Assembly: GCF_009914755.1 (NCBI RefSeq)
Contig: NC_060931.1
DNA from: the human T2T-CHM13v2.0 reference genome, Homo sapiens
Reading direction: 5' to 3' (one strand)
Length of the DNA: 64,000 nucleotides
A program made the translations under genes and the position numbers. Under the pieces are notes generated by a model. That model had not been told where the DNA came from and did no database searches. It saw only the letters and a list, made by a program, of their open reading frames with translations. Positions 1-13,499 of this stretch are shown piece after piece. Within the stretch, counting starts at the first letter, position 1; each line of letters begins with the position of its first letter.

Positions 1-250
1 TTGAACAATGAAAACACATGGACACAGGGAGGGGAACATCACACTCCAGGGCCTGTCAGAGGATGGGGAGCTAGGGGAGGGATAGCATTAGGAGAAATAC
101 CTAATGTAGATGACGGGTTGATGGGTGCAGCAAACCACCATGGCATGGGTATACCTATGTAACAAACCTGCACGTTCTGCACATGTATCCCAGAACTTAA
201 AAGTATAATAATAATAATAACAGCTGAAATTAAAAAGAAAAAAAAAGAAA
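1..250 (+). mobile_element. L1PA (primate LINE-1) 3' UTR end with A-rich tail, cut by the window start
   Basis: Canonical L1PA 3' UTR (GGACACAGGGAGGGGAACATCACAC...GGGATAGCATTAGGAGAAATACCTAATGTAGATGACGGGTTGATGGGTGCAGCAAACCACCATGGCA...CCCAGAACTTAAAAGTATAAT) followed by (TAA)n and an A-rich tail. Confidence 0.95.
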
Positions 251-379
251 TTTGGTTCCTGTAAATCAAACGACTTACATCATAAATTATCAAGATAACT
301 GATACTATCTATATTGTACAATGACAGAACATATGCATTTTTACTTTATACTCCTAAATTATTGAATATTAGCAAAGAA

Positions 380-525
380 AGGAGGGTCAACAGTCATCTA
401 AATATATAACTTTTTATTTTACAGAGAATTACCCAAATAGGTGAAATGGCTTAGATAAATTCACATTGTTTTAGGTATAGAGCCAGGACCTCAGTTTTCT
501 TCCTAGTCTAGTGTTTTTCTAGTGT
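380..525 (-). mobile_element. Diverged MIR-family SINE fragment
   Basis: Resembles the reverse MIR core (ATTTTACAGAG...GGTGAAATGGCTT...TCACA...AGAGCCAGGACC); very diverged. Confidence 0.5.
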
Positions 526-3314
526 ATATTTTGCCCTTATCCCAACCATTACAACCCATGTGAAACCTCTTTCTTTAGAGATGGTATGGTAACTTAAAGA
601 GCCAGCTGAAGATAATCATTCACGTGGTAGACATGGCCTGGCTATCATATTGTTTGAAGACAGAGATGCTGGCTTCTCAAGACCCTTCCAAGCTTGGGTC
701 ATTTGCTGTCCATGCGAGCCTGTCCAACCTCGGGGAGAATCACACTTACCACTGGTCTCCACAGACAAGAGGACCCTAAGTCTTCCCAAAGCAGTGCCCT
801 GGACAGACTGCATAGAGGATGTGTGACCCTGAGCCAGCACTAGAAAGAAGAATGTGGAGAGTCCTCCAGAGTTTGTTGTGTTGGTATTTGGCTTGTCTAT
901 AATTAATCTGTACAGAACATTGCTTAAAATAATCAGGCCAACGTTAGAGACTGAGGATACTTTTACAGTTCTGGGACTTTTAATGACATTTATTCAAATT
1001 TGAATTACAAATAATCTAGACTAGAAAGTTAGGGGAGTTCTTGGAGGTTATATATTAAATGTAACTGTAAGAAAGTCCTTGACTCGCTTGTTTACTACAA
1101 TTATATCCTTTCCTTTTTCTGAGGATCCTTGGGAGAAGTCTCTTTTGGGTCTAGTCTCAGTAATAATTGCACTTCTTTTCTTTATTCCTTTCTACCTTTC
1201 TGTTTTTTCGCCCTCCTTCCATCCACCTCCCCTTATATCCTGTTTTCTTCTTACCTGCTTTTATAAATTTCATAGATGGTGTGAAATGAATAATTGATCA
1301 CAATTCCCTTTTGTTGTTGCCTGATAATTTGGCTCTAAGAACATTTAGAGCCAAATTAGTGGTTCATCTTCAGCAAGTGAATAGAACTTATTTTAACAAG
1401 TGGATAGGACTCTATACTGCACATTTTATTATTGGTCTTATTTATGGCTCAATTTTTATGTCTCTCATATCCTTTGTTTTTCTTTCTCATATATTCATAA
1501 TTTGTAGTGACTTGGTGGATTTTTGGTGTCCCTTTAATCAACCCTCAACCCTTTTTGGAATGATATAGGTCATAAAAACTAGCAGCGTAGTTGTCCCTCT
1601 TAAAATATAGAAATGAGGTTATGTAGCACAATTTATGAACCCCAGTGGCTTTCAGTAATCAACATCTCTTCCATATACTCAGGAGCCACCAGTTTCATAA
1701 TTAATTCCATTGTGGGCTTTAGCTTGGGCTTTTGAGGATGTGCCTTCCCCCTCTCCTCCCACCAGATCTAGACAAAATCTGAGCCTTTTCAGGTCTCTGG
1801 CATCTCTTTGAAAATGTCCCCAGACATGGACCTGTGAGCCCCACCTTCAGTGCTGGGCAGTGCTTTATCGGGGCCTGAATAGTTGAACTCATTTAAAGAA
1901 GCCAACTGTTCTCCTATTATCCTTTCACTCTCTTGTGCTTCACTTATTTCTTTATGGTGTTTATTCTACCTTGCTTCCTCTCAAGATCATTTTCCTAAGG
2001 AAAGGCAAACAAACTAAGAGTTTTGCCTTCTTATTGCCATCTGTGAGCATTAAATTATCTTCTCTGAGCAGTGGATTCATCATTTCTTGCTTGTTTTTTT
2101 CCCCCCCAATACGTAGCTCAAAAATTCTTTTAAAAATGTTCTAGCACTTTTTGAGCCTGCAGCCCTGCTGACAGATGCCCTGACCCCTGTGGCAGAGCTG
2201 TGTGCCCGTGCGGTTGGGGACCCCTCCTCCCCACATTTGTCCCTGTCACTTCAATGCTCCAACTCTGGCAGACAGCTGGTGACTGTGTGGCCCTCTTTAG
2301 ATGCCTCTACTCTTTTTTTTTTTCCCCCTCTGGGATTGTTTGTGATTGTCGCGCTGAAACTTGACCTTTCATGATCTTTCTTGCTTGAAGGGCTTACCCT
2401 GTTGGCCTGCCTAGCCATGGGATTCTACCTATTTTTCTCCCCAATAATGTTTTCCATTCATTTTTTTCTCAAGTCCAGGTGCCTACCCAGTGCCTCGCTC
2501 CATCCTTTATTCCTCATCTGTTGCAGCTTCAGTTTTTCCTGCTGGCTCCTTAGCTTCTACCTACAAAGATAAGCAGAGCATCCCTGTCCGGAAAAAAATG
2601 AAAAAAAAAAAAGATTTAAAATAAGAAAAGAAAAAATGATAGAAAGAAAAACCCTCTTTGATTGTGTTATCCCCTCTGGCATCTCTCTTACATCTTCCTT
2701 TTGCATTTGCACCCACATTCCTTGACAGTCCCGCTGCCCTATCATTTGCTCCCACCCACTCTTTCCTTGGTCCTTTGCAGACGGACTGCTGGTCTCCTGA
2801 TGCTTTGAAACTATGAGCTCCAGTGCGGTTGTCCGAAGAGCCGTTCCCACACAGGCAGCGAATACCAGGCTCTACAGTAAAGAGTGACGTTCCTCACTGT
2901 GTGCTGGTTGACTGCATTTCTTGGCTTGTTCCTTACCTTGCGTTCTGCTCCAGTGCTTTTTCTTACCTTGCTGCTGACCTAGCAGTTCATTCAACCTCTC
3001 TGTCCTCACCTGCCCTATCAGACTGACAGGTTCTCATCCCTCTGGGCTAACAGCCTTGGCTTTCCTCCCAGTTTTGTTTTCATTTCTTTCCCAATTAGGC
3101 TCAATGCATTCAAAGATAACCCTGGAAAAAATTTTCTCCTGCTGGTCTGACCCCCAGGATCTTCCTGCCTATGGACTATTCCCTGCTTGCATGTATCATT
3201 CCCTGCTTAAAAATCTTCAACTACTTTTATGATATAAAGGATGAAGTCCAGCATCATTTGCCATAAGCTCTGGTCGCGGAACACATGCCTTTGCCAAGAC
3301 ATGGGGGAAAATAG

Positions 3315-3490
3315 TAATAGGGTCGAGAGCACCAGCTCCAAATCACTGTCTGGGCTCCAGCTCTGGCTCTGCTGTCATCCTAGAAGCTAAATAGCCTTAT
3401 GCAGGTTACTTACAGTCCACAATATGTACCTACAGGTTTATTGCAATAACTCTGTAAAGTGCTCAGTTCGGTGCCTGGCATATATTATCA
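3315..3490 (+). mobile_element. MIR fragment
   Basis: CTGGGCTCCAGCTCTGGCTCTGC...TACCTACAGGTTTATTG...TGTAAAGTGCTCAG..GTGCCTGGCATA matches MIR core and 3' motifs. Confidence 0.6.
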
Positions 3491-3550
3491 TGACCTTTGG
3501 GTGCAGTCTCAGAACCCATGCAATCCAGCTTGACTTGAAAAGGAGAATGC

Positions 3551-3947
<397 letters not shown>

Positions 3948-3971
3948 TCAGGATGGAAATGGAACAAAGTT

Positions 3972-4127
3972 GGCCAGGCATGGTAGCTCATGCCTATAAT
4001 CCCAGTGCTTTGGGAGGCTGAAGCGGGAGGATCATTTAAGGCCAAGAATTAGAGGCCAGAGACCAGCCTGGGCAACATAGTGAGACCTTGTCTCTCCTCC
4101 CCGCAACAAAAAAAGAAGAAAGAAGAA
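3972..4127 (+). mobile_element. Free left Alu monomer (FLAM-like)
   Basis: Single left arm GGCCAGGCATGGTAGCTCATGCC...GGGCAACATAGTGAGACCTTGTCTC plus A/GAA tail. GAAATGGAACAA occurs on both sides. Confidence 0.85.
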
Positions 4128-4638
4128 GAAATGGAACAAGGCAGGGGCTAGTATGGTCCCTTCTGTCCTGATAGCTCATCTCTGCCTGTCTGCATTTGTC
4201 TGCTTCATTCTACTCATTCTGCAGACTGTCTTTCACTTCTTTTGGTTCTTAGGAGCAGATGGTCTCCTTGTAGCTCCTGAGTTTCTGCACCCATAGAGCA
4301 GCAGACCAGCAGATAATCCAAATCCTAAACTCTTGGGAGAAAGCATCTGTTTGGTTCAGTTTTTGTCATGTGTTCACCCCAATTCAAACAGCTGTGCTGG
4401 GGTGAAGTGTGAATGGTCACTTAGAACAAATATGGTTGCAGGAACTGATTCTGAGGACAGAGAAGGAGGTGTGGCTTACTAACACTTAAAAGACATTTAC
4501 TACCTTCTGTCTTCAATCTCATGGCTTAGTGTGTCCTTATAGGAACTCTCCACTGGGCCAAACTCAGTGGCCTCCCTGCGAACATTTACATCCTAATTCT
4601 CCAACCACTGCCCAGGTGTGAAATGTACATTCCTCCTT

Positions 4639-4735
4639 CACACACATACACATGTGCACACACACATACACGTGCATGCACACACGCACACACACGTGCA
4701 TGCACATGTAAACACATGCACACACACGCGCGTGC
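4639..4735. repeat. Imperfect (CA)n / CACGTGCATG alternating purine-pyrimidine microsatellite
   Basis: Directly visible: ~97 bp of near-perfect RY alternation. Confidence 0.9.
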
Positions 4736-4751
4736 TTTAAATAATACATCA

Positions 4752-4950
4752 CCTTCCATAGTCAGCTCAAGTCAGATTTCTGTAGAATAACTTTTCTATC
4801 ACATCACCCCACCCACAAGATAGTCTTCCTTCCTTGAACTCTATAACACCTGCCCCTTTCGGCCTCTCCTTTGTCACAGATGAAATGCCTGCAGATATGA
4901 CTTATCTTCTGGGTAGACTGCAAGCTCTTGGAAGGCAGGAGGCATAGCTG
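4752..4950 (+). mobile_element. L2 fragment
   Basis: CAGCTCAAGTCA...TAGACTGCAAGCTCTTGGAAGGCAGG matches the L2 3' region. Confidence 0.55.
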
Positions 4951-6752
4951 GTTTCTGCTCAGAGATGATGGCTGGGAATAGTGACCACGTCCACCTTCAA
5001 GCTGTGTCCCTTCCCAAGTGATTACACTTTATTCCGAAATAAAGTGGTTACTCACTCAAGAGATTCCTGCCACCTACCCATCGCTGGCTGGCTCTTCCTT
5101 GATGTCAGAATTGTGTCAAGAAGAGCAGTTTCCCTAATTGCTTTCTCTACCATTTGGGAGGTAAAATTGTCAGCAGGACAAGGCAGGAATCTATTTGATG
5201 TTCTACATGTAATAGAGTGAGGCCTCCAGGAGATAGCAGGATTCTCGATAGTGCTGCTGTTGCTGGATTCGGAGAATGCTTTGCCATCTATATTGGGAAA
5301 GTGTTATTTATCCCCTGCAGCTGGAGGAGTGTTCTGTACTCGATTACCTCAACCAAAATGACTTCCGGTTGTCTCTCCTATTTTAGGAGACCCTGTGGGA
5401 AATCTTTTTATGATCTCGAGGCCTGACATCACCGTGTATCAGACTCTTATTTCTTATAAGAAGCAGCTGAAATTAACAGACGGTGCCTATCGTCTGTTAT
5501 TCTTAAGTAGGTTAGACCATGATGTGTGCCCCCGTTCCTGGAAGGAAAGCTGGGCAGTAGCGCGAGGAGTGAGAACACATAATGTCTACAGGTTTCCTTT
5601 TAAAACTCTTTGTTGAGTAATCACACTGACTTCCTTTCTTTGTTGAGTGAAATGTGCCACTCAGTCTGGAAAGAGGTAAGAAAATTGACATCAAGGCTCA
5701 CAATTCCTGCCCCAGGGGGAGGTGGTAAAAGAGGTGAGAACACCTTACTCCTTCCCCATCCACCAAGACAGTAGCAAGAACCCTGTGCCGATTGTAGGGT
5801 TTATTGAAGAATTGTACTTTCAGTTTTGTGGGAAATGTAGAGACAACAAACGCCTTTTGGTCCAGCTTCCTCTTTTGGAGTGCAGAAATTTTCATCTTCT
5901 TACAATGAAAAAAAAAGTCACAGTCTTGTTGAGACCATCATGAGGCAACCAGAATTTTGGCAACTTGCTGGGCATCTCCTTTTCTCTTCACCTAAATGTG
6001 GTCCCTGGGGGTCTGCCCTTGGTTTTGTGTATGTCATAGAGATCATTTTTTTTTTTTTTTTCAAATATCAAAGCCCTGCCTGCTCTTTTCCCTTTCCTTA
6101 TTGGCTCTTTGTTATTTCATCTTGGATACACATTATGGAAAGACAGCATTCTGCTTTGTCAGGTTACAAATAGCCATCCTGTGCCTCATGGGAGGGAGCT
6201 CCAAGCACCAAGATGTACCTACCTCCTGCCCCATGACTGCAGGTCGCTAATGTTTCCTTCCACCTGTGTGAAAATTTACCAAGAATTTACTTAAATGTTC
6301 TGTGAAGCATGGAACACTGCTCTTATTTGGAAGATTCAGAATATTTATGCATATGGAGCACAGCTGCAAACTTGTTGAATTTCTCCCCTCCTTCTCAACC
6401 TACTGTGTCATATTCTTTGACATTTTCCCCTCTTTGGTTTATTCTAATTTCTCAGAAATATCTTCTCACTGTCACCTTGCCATCTTGTCTAGGAGTCCTT
6501 TATCTTGTCTAACAAACCAGACGTAAAGAATCATTCCTCAAGCACCTTTCATCTTTGGGACAGAGGAATGAGCTTGCCCTTGCAAGCTCATCTCCCTGGG
6601 CAAGAAAACAAGAGGGCAGCCCACACATGTCCTGAAAGTCATTGGCCGGGAGCCCATGTTCTCGCATCACTAATGAACCAATATCCTTCCAGCTTCTTCC
6701 CCATATTTCACCTTTGAATACCCCTCTGCCCCCTGAAGTTTGCTTTTAGATC

Positions 6753-7055
<303 letters not shown>

Positions 7056-8139
7056 AGATCTTCTTTTTATTGACTTCTCTGACTACTGCTCTGTGGAAGT
7101 GTTGAGCCTGCAATAGTGAGATTGCCAGGGTCATGGCAAAAGGGTCCTGTGAAATAAAAATGTTACAGAGACCTATAGGTCCACCGCAATCCCAGAGATT
7201 GTTCTATTTTTGGAGGCAAGACTAGGGAGAAACCAAATCACTCTTATCTGGACAGGAGGACTCATCTGGGGTTTGGAGATGAAACACACTTGAAATGGCC
7301 TCAAAGATACAAGACCTGACTTTAGTCTATCATACTGGGGACCCCTATAAAAGGACCCACCTGGGGGCTCCTCTGCTTTTCCCAGACATGGCCAGACCTG
7401 AGCATCTTCCAGGTAGTCACCTGTTTCCAGCTCTTCCTCTCTCCCTGGAAGGCCTGCAATTCACTAGGAGTATGGTCTTTGGCATTCCTTTCATTTAGAA
7501 TGATATACTTGGCTGTTAAGACCCCTGACTTGTGCCTTTTTGTTTGCTTGCTTTTTCTGGGTAAAAAGTGACTTTTGGAATTGGAAGTACTAAGGAGCTT
7601 ATGCATGACAGCTGTATCTGCAGGCCCCTAATGATGAGGGGGAAGTGGAATGGTGGCTAAGAGTGGGATGCAGGCAGAGGAAATGGAAAAAAGAAAAGGA
7701 AGTTGAGACCATGGGAGAGCTAAGAATCAAGAATGTCAGCTTCACTCAATTCAGTCTTCTGTTGGACATTCACCAGGAACTGCTTGATGTTGTTCTGCAT
7801 GATGAACAACAGAGGTTCTCTTTGCTTCTCTCTAATTTGTTATTGGGAGGGCAGAGGAGAAAGTTTTGTCTATAGCAGAAAGGCTTTATGTGTAATGCTT
7901 GTCAGGTTTACGAACCTGTAACCAGCACCATGCCTGGCATGTAGAGAGTGAGTAGGAAGTCTTTATAAACCTATAATAATAGAAGGCATCTCATTGTCCC
8001 ATCAAAAACGTAGGAAACCCAAAAGAATATGAAGTTGTTATGTTGTTATTTCCTTCTTAAGCTTTTAATTTGAAAGGTAGCAAAGGTTCTGCTGTTTGAC
8101 ATTTCTACCCCCTGCAATTCTGTCAGGAGAAATAGGTCA

Positions 8140-8260
8140 CATCATGGTGGGAAGAGCAGAGAATTTGAATGGGGAGACAAGGGTTTGAGTCCCAAGTTTG
8201 CCACTTGGTGGTAAGGGATGTTGGGCCAGTTTGCTACTCTCTCTAAACTGTGGGTAATGG
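8140..8260 (+). mobile_element. MIR fragment
   Basis: GGTGGGAAGAGCA...GGGTTTGAGTCCCAAGTTTGCCACTT...TTGGGCCAGTT resembles the MIR 5'/core region. Confidence 0.55.
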
Positions 8261-10192
8261 TTCTTGCTCACTCCCAAAGTGCTGTAAGATAAAATAAAAT
8301 GATGTGGACAGGAGGAGTCTGGAAACTGCAAATGTGGTCTACAAGTATTAGTTGCAATGATTACAGAAATAAAGATGTAGTTTCAGGGCCCCTTAGTTCC
8401 TCTCCACCCCTGCTGATCTCAGCTATTTGAATACAGAAAAGAGAACGCAGCCCTTCTGAGACAGCCAGGCCTTTTATTTTGAGACTTAGGATCTCAGACC
8501 CAAAGCAAGAAGCAGCAGGACACCAGCTTTCTCTCTGACAGCCTCTGGTGCAAGCAGGTCTGGCTGGACTATGTACATAAAGATGCTTAACAGAAAGAAA
8601 TAGGCAGTTGAAAGAGACAAAGTTAGGCTCAGGGTGAGCATCCTTTCTCAGCCGTTACAGCTTTCAAAAAATGTTAACTATACTAAAACTCCCAATTAAA
8701 GACTTTATACATGGGGAAAACAAGCTGAGTCAGGGGATTGTCCTTTAGAGACCCAGTCCTCTAAGATCCCAGTCTGAGTCAGCAAAAACAAAGTTGGTTT
8801 CAGGGGGCAGGGATTTCATACCTCTCTCCCACTGAAGACCAGACTCCTTGAGAGAATATAGAGAAGAGAATAGAGAGAAAGTACATCCTGAACATTATTC
8901 ACTTTACCCTCATTTCTCTCATATAGAATATAATAGAGAATCTCTTGTAGAAGCCCCTGCCTTTTCCGCCTTTCAGCTGTGCTACATCCTGGTGGAATGC
9001 ACCCTCGCCATGTGCACAGCCCTCACCTGTGAAGAGACATCAGGCAAACATGGGCCCTTTTCAATCTGATATGATTTGTCAGAACTCTGCTTGCATAGGT
9101 AATTTTGCTGTTTTAATACCACTAGATAGAGAAGCTGCTTGGGGCTTGCTGCCCTCAATATGGGTTTGGGATGATACGATGAGAAGTGTTCTTCCCTTTT
9201 GTGGGGTCTCCCATGGCCAGAGCTGCCCACCTGGGAGCCTACTTGAAATATGACAGATGTCTGCACCTGCACGCTTGCTCTGCTATTCTGTGGGAGGTCC
9301 TGGACACAGGTGAAGAAGGTATCCAGATTCCAGAAACCTGAACACTGGCTATGAGGGAGATGGGGGTTGGAGGAGATCTTGTGCCCTCCACCATGGTTAA
9401 GTGAATTGAATTTAGGTATTTGGCTTGGGAAGCTGTGCAGAGAGGTGAGGAAAGAGGACCTCTACAGCAGGCCTGTGAGAGGAGGCTACTGCACATCCAG
9501 CCCAGAGCTGGTGACCCAGCAGGTGTAATCCACTATTTTTTTTTCTTGTCTTTTCCAGGCATTAACTGTCTCTTGGCCTGCTGTGATATACTCCCAAGAG
9601 GATTCCTTATGAGGTATCCTTATTCATGAGTGCATTTAGCTCAGGGTCTGGTGGGTCCCAGATGCTCAAGGATTATTTTTATGAGGCTCTATGAAGAGGC
9701 AGAAGCAGCAGCTACCTGTTGAGCTGTGGTTGGTAAGTGGGGAGTGTTTTCTTAGCAAACAGGCTTGGCCTTGCCTTTGGTTTCTGCAGGGGGCCAATTC
9801 CTCTGCTCATTCACTTTATCTTGTATCAAGAGAGGCAATTCACAAAGCACACGGGGGCCAAGAGCAGGGAATGAAATTAGAGCAGGTATTTTGGCTGCCA
9901 ACCTGGAGGCAGGTGAAAGAGCAGAGAGGGAATACAAGCACAGAAGAGAGGTGAACCTTTGTCCCCACATTTCCAGAAATCTGAAGACGGCCCAGCCACA
10001 GCCCTGTTCCCATTAACCTCCCAATGCTAATGGTGTCTGGTTTGCATCTGTGTTAACCTTTCCAGGCTTGGTGTCTGTAACTGACAGCAGCGCACACATG
10101 TCTCTTCTAGTCGAGGTTTCCAAAGATGCAGAAAAAAATTAAATGCAACAAAACCCTAAATGTTTGCACTGCAGCCAAAGGGGAAGCAGTAC

Positions 10193-10660
<468 letters not shown>

Positions 10661-10739
10661 TGCTAAGACAGCCAGCTCTCTGAGGGAACACAGATTTATT
10701 TTAATCGAGTCTTAGAGACCTAGGCTTCTGGCAGACTTC

Positions 10740-10870
10740 TTTTAAAAACTTCTTATTTTGAGATAAATTTAGATTCACACGCGGTTGTAAGAAAAGGCAC
10801 AGAGAGATCCCATATACCCTTCACTCAGTTTCCCCCAGTGGTGACATCTTGCATCACTCTAGTGCAATCT
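10740..10870 (-). mobile_element. Old L1M (L1MC/MB-like) 3' end fragment
   Basis: TTATTTTGAGATAAATTTAGATTCACAC..GTTGTAAGAAA..ACAGAGAGATCCCATATACCCTTCACTCAGTTTCCCCCAGTGGTGACATCTTGCA. Confidence 0.75.
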
Positions 10871-11465
10871 GGCAGAATTTTAAGTCTGTTTAGGCGTGTT
10901 TTCTCTGCACCGTCTCCCATCTCCTCTTTTATTCTCTTCTTTTAAGATCTTTCTCATCTCACCCACACAGCCTTTGCAGGCTACAGGGTCTCTGCAGCCA
11001 TGGAAGAAAGTCACTTAATTAGTCAACATATTCATATTACAGTGGCAACTTGTGTGCTTCGAGCTTGTTCTGGAGGGAGAAAGCCTACAATGGTGGTTCT
11101 TAGTTCTATTTGTTTTCTCACCATTTACTTGTACATCATGGTACATCCCTAGGGAAGTTGAGATTTACTGAGTTAAAAGAAATAACCACCATTGTTATTA
11201 TTATAACAGCAGTAACGTGACCAAGACTTTACGTTGTATGTACTGATGTATGTTTTCCTTAAAACAACTCTAAGGGGCAGTGCCTGTGACCTGAGAGGTT
11301 AAGGATATAATTGCTAATAGTAGAGGCAAGATTGTCTAACTCTAGACTCTTTCTTTAAAGTAGAAGTTAAACAAAGGAATGAATGGGTAACAGTGGACTT
11401 TCAGGAGCCCAAGCAGTGTTGTGGGAGCAATGTCAATAGGACAGGGAATCTCTTTCTGGTGCTTC

Positions 11466-12513
11466 TTTTATTATTATTATTATTTTTATTATACTTTAAG
11501 TTCTAGGGTACGTGTGCACAACGTGCAGGTCTGTTACATATGTATACATGTGCAATGTTGGTGTGCTGCACCCATTAACTCGTCATTTACATTAGGTATA
11601 TCTCCTAATGCTATCCCTCTCCCCTTCCCCCACCCCACAACAGGCCCCAGTGTGTGATGTTCCCCACTCTGTGTCCAAGTGTTCTCATTGTTCAATTCCC
11701 ACCTATGAGTGAGAACATGTGGTGTTTGTTTTTCTGTCCTTGCGATAGTTTGCTGAGAATGATGGTTTCCAGCTTCATCCATGTCCCTACAAAGGACATG
11801 AACTCATCCTTTTTTATGGCTGCATAGTATTCCATGGTGTGTATGTGCCACATTTTCTTAATCCAGTCTATCACTGATGGACATTTGGGTTGGTTCCAAG
11901 TCTTTGCTATTGTGAATAGTGCTGCAATAAACGTACGTGTGCATGTGTCTTTATAGCAGCATGATTTATAATCCTTTGGGTGTATACCCAGTAATAGGAT
12001 GGCTGGGTCAAATGGTATTTCTAGTTCTAGGTCCTTGAGGAATCGCCACACTGTCTTCCACAATGGTTGAACTAGTTTACAGTCCCACCAACAGTGTAAA
12101 AGTGTTTCTATTTCTCTACATCCTCTCCAGCACCTGTTGTTTCTTGACTTTTTAATGATCACCATTTTAACTGGTGTGAGATGGTATCTCATTGTGGTTT
12201 TGATTTGCATTTCTCTGATGGCCAGTGATGATGAGCATTTTTTCATGTGTCTGTTGGTTGCATAAATGTCTTCTTTTGAGAAGTGTCTGTTCATATTCTT
12301 TGCCCACTTTTTGATGGGGTTGTTTGATTTTTTCTTGTAAATTTGTTTCAGTTCTTTGTAGATTGTGGATATTAGTCCTTTGTCAGATGAGTAGATTGCA
12401 AAAATTTTCTCCCATTCTGTAGGTTGCCTGTTCACTCTGATGGTAGTTTCTTTTGCTGTGCAGAAGCTCTTTAGTTTAATTAGATCCCATTTGTCAATTT
12501 TGGCTTTTGTTGC
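11466..12513 (-). mobile_element. 5'-truncated L1PA (about PA3-PA5), ~1.05 kb: ORF2 C-terminus, 3' UTR and (TAA)n tail
   Basis: Translation [23 protein letters not shown]...[14 protein letters not shown]...FSLIGGN is the L1 ORF2p C-terminal cysteine-rich region, followed by a canonical 3' UTR. Confidence 0.97.
11692..12513 (-). pseudogene. Uninterrupted L1 ORF2p C-terminal fragment (~273 codons, no EN/RT domains)
   Basis: ORF track 11692..12714. Only the part up to 12513 is L1; the upstream ~67 codons are flanking DNA and the listed start codon is TTG. Confidence 0.85.
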
Positions 12514-12989
12514 TAAAACATACTCCTGTCCTATTCCCTCTTGCCCTCTCCCTTTAAAACCAAAGCTGGGCCCGATTATCTTCAATGTGAACTCCAATAG
12601 AGTAGCTGGCAGTGGAGAGAGATCTGGGGTCACAACTTGTGCAGACCAACATTGGGTAGAATTCTTCAGAAGTTTATTTTTAAGCTTCTTGATTTTACAT
12701 TCATGAGCCTCCAATAGTTCTCATCTCACTAATCTGGAATGTATGGGATCAGAGTAGAGATTGGCCTGGACTGGTCAGTACTATCTCAAGGATGTCCAGG
12801 GTGATTGAAAAACTAGCTTTTCTAGTACCTCTTAGAGGGAAGGAATCTGGTAAACAAGTAAATATGGTGAAAAGAGGACCAATTCCTTATATGCACTTGG
12901 ACACATTTGCAGATATGCAATCCACATACCAATTTCAAAAACTTTGTTTTGTTTTTTGGTAAAGAAGGTCAGTTAGAGATTGAAGTTGA

Positions 12990-13499
<510 letters not shown>

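Noticed and set aside
2590-2650. A-rich tract as the tail of a processed pseudogene
   Set aside because: No upstream mRNA-like ORF or SINE body and no TSD; treated as low-complexity sequence.
11692-12714. 340-aa ORF as a functional gene or active retrotransposon
   Set aside because: It is the C-terminal fragment of L1 ORF2p with no promoter, ORF1, endonuclease or RT, and its start codon is a TTG in flanking DNA.
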